A stretch of DNA of 64,000 nucleotides, from assembly GCF_009914755.1 (NCBI RefSeq), contig NC_060947.1; one strand, written 5' to 3'. A program made the position numbers and the translations under genes. The notes under the pieces were generated by a model. That model had not been told where the DNA came from, searched no databases, and saw only the letters and a list, made by a program, of their open reading frames with translations. Of this stretch, positions 61,069-64,000 are shown piece after piece; within the stretch, counting starts at the first letter, position 1, and the number at the start of each line of letters is the position of its first letter. The stretch comes from the human T2T-CHM13v2.0 reference genome, Homo sapiens.

Positions 61069-63672
61069 CAAAGCATTTGACAAAGTTCAACATTACTTTA
61101 TGATTAAAACTCTCAGCAAAATTGATATACAAGAGACATATCTTCAATGTAATAAAAGCCATCTAAGGAAAACACACAGCCAAGATAATACTGAATGGGG
61201 GAAAGCTGAAAGCATTCCCTCTGAGAACTGAAACAAGACAAGGATGCCCACTCTCAACACTTCCCTGCAACATAGTACTGGAAGTCCTCCCCAGAGCAAT
61301 GAGACAATAGAAAAAAAGTGAAGGGCATCCAAATCGGTAAAGAGGAAGTGAAACTGTTACTGTTTGCTGATGATATGATTGTTTACCTAGAAAACACTAA
61401 ATACTCCTCCAGAAAGCTCCTAGAACCGATAAAAGAATTCAGCAAAGTTTCCAGATACAAAGTTAATGTACACAAATCAGTAGCTCTTCCATACACCAAC
61501 AGCACCAAGCTGAGAATGAAATAAAAAACTCAACTCCTTTTAAAATAGCTGCAAAAAAAAAAAAAAATACTTAGGAATATACCCAACCAAGGAGGTGAAA
61601 GACCTCTAAAAGGAAAACTATAAAACACTGCTGAAAGAAATCATAGATGACACAAACAAATGGAAACACAGGCCATGCTCATGGATGGGTAAAATCAATA
61701 TTGTGAGAATAATCATACTGCCAAAAGCAATCTACAAATTCAATGCAATCCCCATTAAAATACCACCATCATTCTTCACAGAGTTAGGAAAAACAATTCT
61801 AATATTCACATGGAACCAAGAAGAGCCCACAGAGCCAAAGAAAGACTAAGCAAAAAGAACAAATCTGGAGGCATCACACCAATTGATTTCAAACTATTTA
61901 TAAGGCCTTACTCACCAAAACAGCATGGTACTGGTATAAAAATAGGCACATAGACCAACGGAACAGAATAGAGAACCCAGGACTAAACCCAAATACTTAC
62001 AGCCAACTGATCTTTGACAAAGCAAACAAAAACATAAAATGGGGAAAGGACACCTTTTTAAACACAAGATGGATCAATGTCTTAAAATCTAAGACCTGAA
62101 ACTATAAAAATTCTAGAAGACAACATTGAAAAACCCTTCTAGATATTGGCTTAGGCAAGAATTTCATGACCAAGAACCCAAATGCAAATGCAATAAAAAC
62201 AAAGATAAATAGCTGGGACTTAATTAAACTAAAGAGCTTTTGCACAGCAAAAAGAACAGTCAGCAGAGCAAACAGACAACCCACAGAGTGGGAGAAAATC
62301 TTCACAATTTATACATCTGACAAAGGAATAATATCCAGAATCTACAACGAACTTAAACAAATCAGTAAGAAAAAAATGAACAATCCCATCAAAAAGTGGG
62401 CTAAGGACATGAATAGAAAATTCTCAAAAGAGAATACACAAATGGCCAACAAACATATGAAAAAATGTTCAGCATCACTAATGATCAGTGAAATACAAAT
62501 CGAAACCTTACAATGCAATACAATGCAATACAATGCAATACAACCTTACCCCTGCAAGAATGGCCATAATCAAGAAATCAAAAAACAGTAGATGTTGGCA
62601 TGGATGTGGTGATCAGGGAACACTTCTACACTGCTGGTGGGGATGTAAACTAGTACAGCCACTGTGGAAAACAGTGTGGAGATTCCTTAAAAACTAAAAG
62701 TAGAACTACCATTTGATTCAGCAATCCCACTACTGGGTATCTACCCAGAAGAAAAGAAGTCATCATGCAAAAAACATACTTGCACATACATGTTTATAGC
62801 AGCACAATTCACAATTGCAAAAATGTGGAACCAACTCAAACGCCCATCGATCAATGAGTGGATAAAGAAACTGTAATTATATACATATGAAACTGTAATA
62901 TATATATGAAACTGTAATATATACGCATATGTATACACATATATATGGAATATATATATGTGTATATACACGCACACAATGGAATACTAATACTACTCAG
63001 CCATAAACAAAAATGAGTTAATGGCATTGACAGTGATCTGGATGAGATTGGAGACTATTATTTTGAGTAAACTAACTCAGGAATGGAAAATCAAACATCA
63101 AATGTTCTCACTCATAAGTGGGTGCTAAGCTATGAGGATGAAAAGGTTTAAGAATGACACAGTGAGGCCTGGGACAGTGGCTTAGGCCTGTAATCCTAGC
63201 ACTTTGGGAGGCCGAAGCAGGTGGATCACAAGGTCAGGAGTTGGAGAGCAGCCTGGCCAATATAGTGAAACTCCATCTCTACTAAAAATACAAACATTAG
63301 CCAGGCATGGTGGCATATGCCTGTGGTCCCAGCTACTCAGGAGACTGAGGAAGAAGAATCAGTTGAACCTGGGAGGCGGAGCTTGCAGCGAGCCGAGATT
63401 GCACCACTGCATTCCAGCCTGGGCAAAAGAGAAACACCCTGTCTCAAAAAAAAAAAAAAAAAAAAAAAATAGACACAATGAACTTTGGGGACTCAAGGGA
63501 AAAGGGTGGGAAAGGGGTGACAGATAAAAGACTACACATTGTGTGCAGTGTATATTGTATATTGCTCAGGTAATGGGTACACCAAAATCTCACAAATCAC
63601 CACTAAAGAACTTACTTATGTCACCAAACACTGCCTGTTCCCCAATAGCCTATGAAAATTAAAAAGTTTTTA
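61069..63672 (+). mobile_element. 5'-truncated L1PB
   Basis: Begins in RT ([18 protein letters not shown]), L1PB 3'UTR (caaaatctcacaaatcaccactaaagaactta); host resumes at aaagaactagaaaagc. Confidence 0.9.
63166..63468 (+). mobile_element. AluS in the L1PB 3'UTR
   Basis: Full dimer with poly(A); degenerate TSD aat(a)gacaca(g/a)tga. Confidence 0.95.
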
Positions 63673-64000
63673 AAAAGAACTAGAAAAGCAAGAGCAATCC
63701 AGATTCAAAATTAGTAAAAGAAAAAGAAATAATAAAGATCACAGCAGAAATAAATGAAATTGAAATAAAAAATACAAAAGATCAATGAAACAAAAACTTT
63801 TTTGAAAAGTTAAATAAAATTGACAAAACTTTAGCCTGACTAAAATATCAGAAAGAAAATTGGAATAAATAGGATCAGATATGAAAAAGGAGATATTACA
63901 ATTGAGGCTGCAGAAATTCAAAGGAATATTAGTGGCTAGTGGCTACTGTGAACAACTATATGTCAATAAATTGGAAAATGTAGAAAAAATGAACAAATTC

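Noticed and set aside
62511-62980. (caatgcaata)3 and gaaactgtaatatatat repeats; similar short repeats at 5975-6032 and 30740-30780
   Set aside because: Slippage repeats inside L1; no spacers, so not a CRISPR-like array

Overview
Primate (most likely human) AT-rich, gene-poor DNA made mostly of interspersed repeats: nested LINE-1s of several ages (L1MA, L1PB, L1PA, L1ME), Alus, MaLR LTR elements (a complete MSTA provirus, MST and MLT1 solo LTRs), MIR, L2 and the DNA transposons MER5A and MER2. I recognise no cellular protein-coding gene; the recognisable long ORFs are broken L1 ORF1/ORF2 or Alu read-throughs. The main finding is a 7.5-kb unit (34999-42542) that splits the MSTA interior, has a perfect 18-bp TSD and a poly(A) tail, and consists of an MSTD-type LTR fragment ending at its splice-donor position, a full-length L1PA and ~1.2 kb of 3' cargo. 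It looks like a retrotransposed, LTR-initiated, spliced transcript. Also seen: two pairs of neighbouring L1s sharing non-consensus variants, several short local duplications, a second probable 3' transduction, an open ORF0 and an orphan exon candidate. Subfamily names come from recalled consensus sequences and need RepeatMasker/Dfam confirmation; old-repeat boundaries are approximate.
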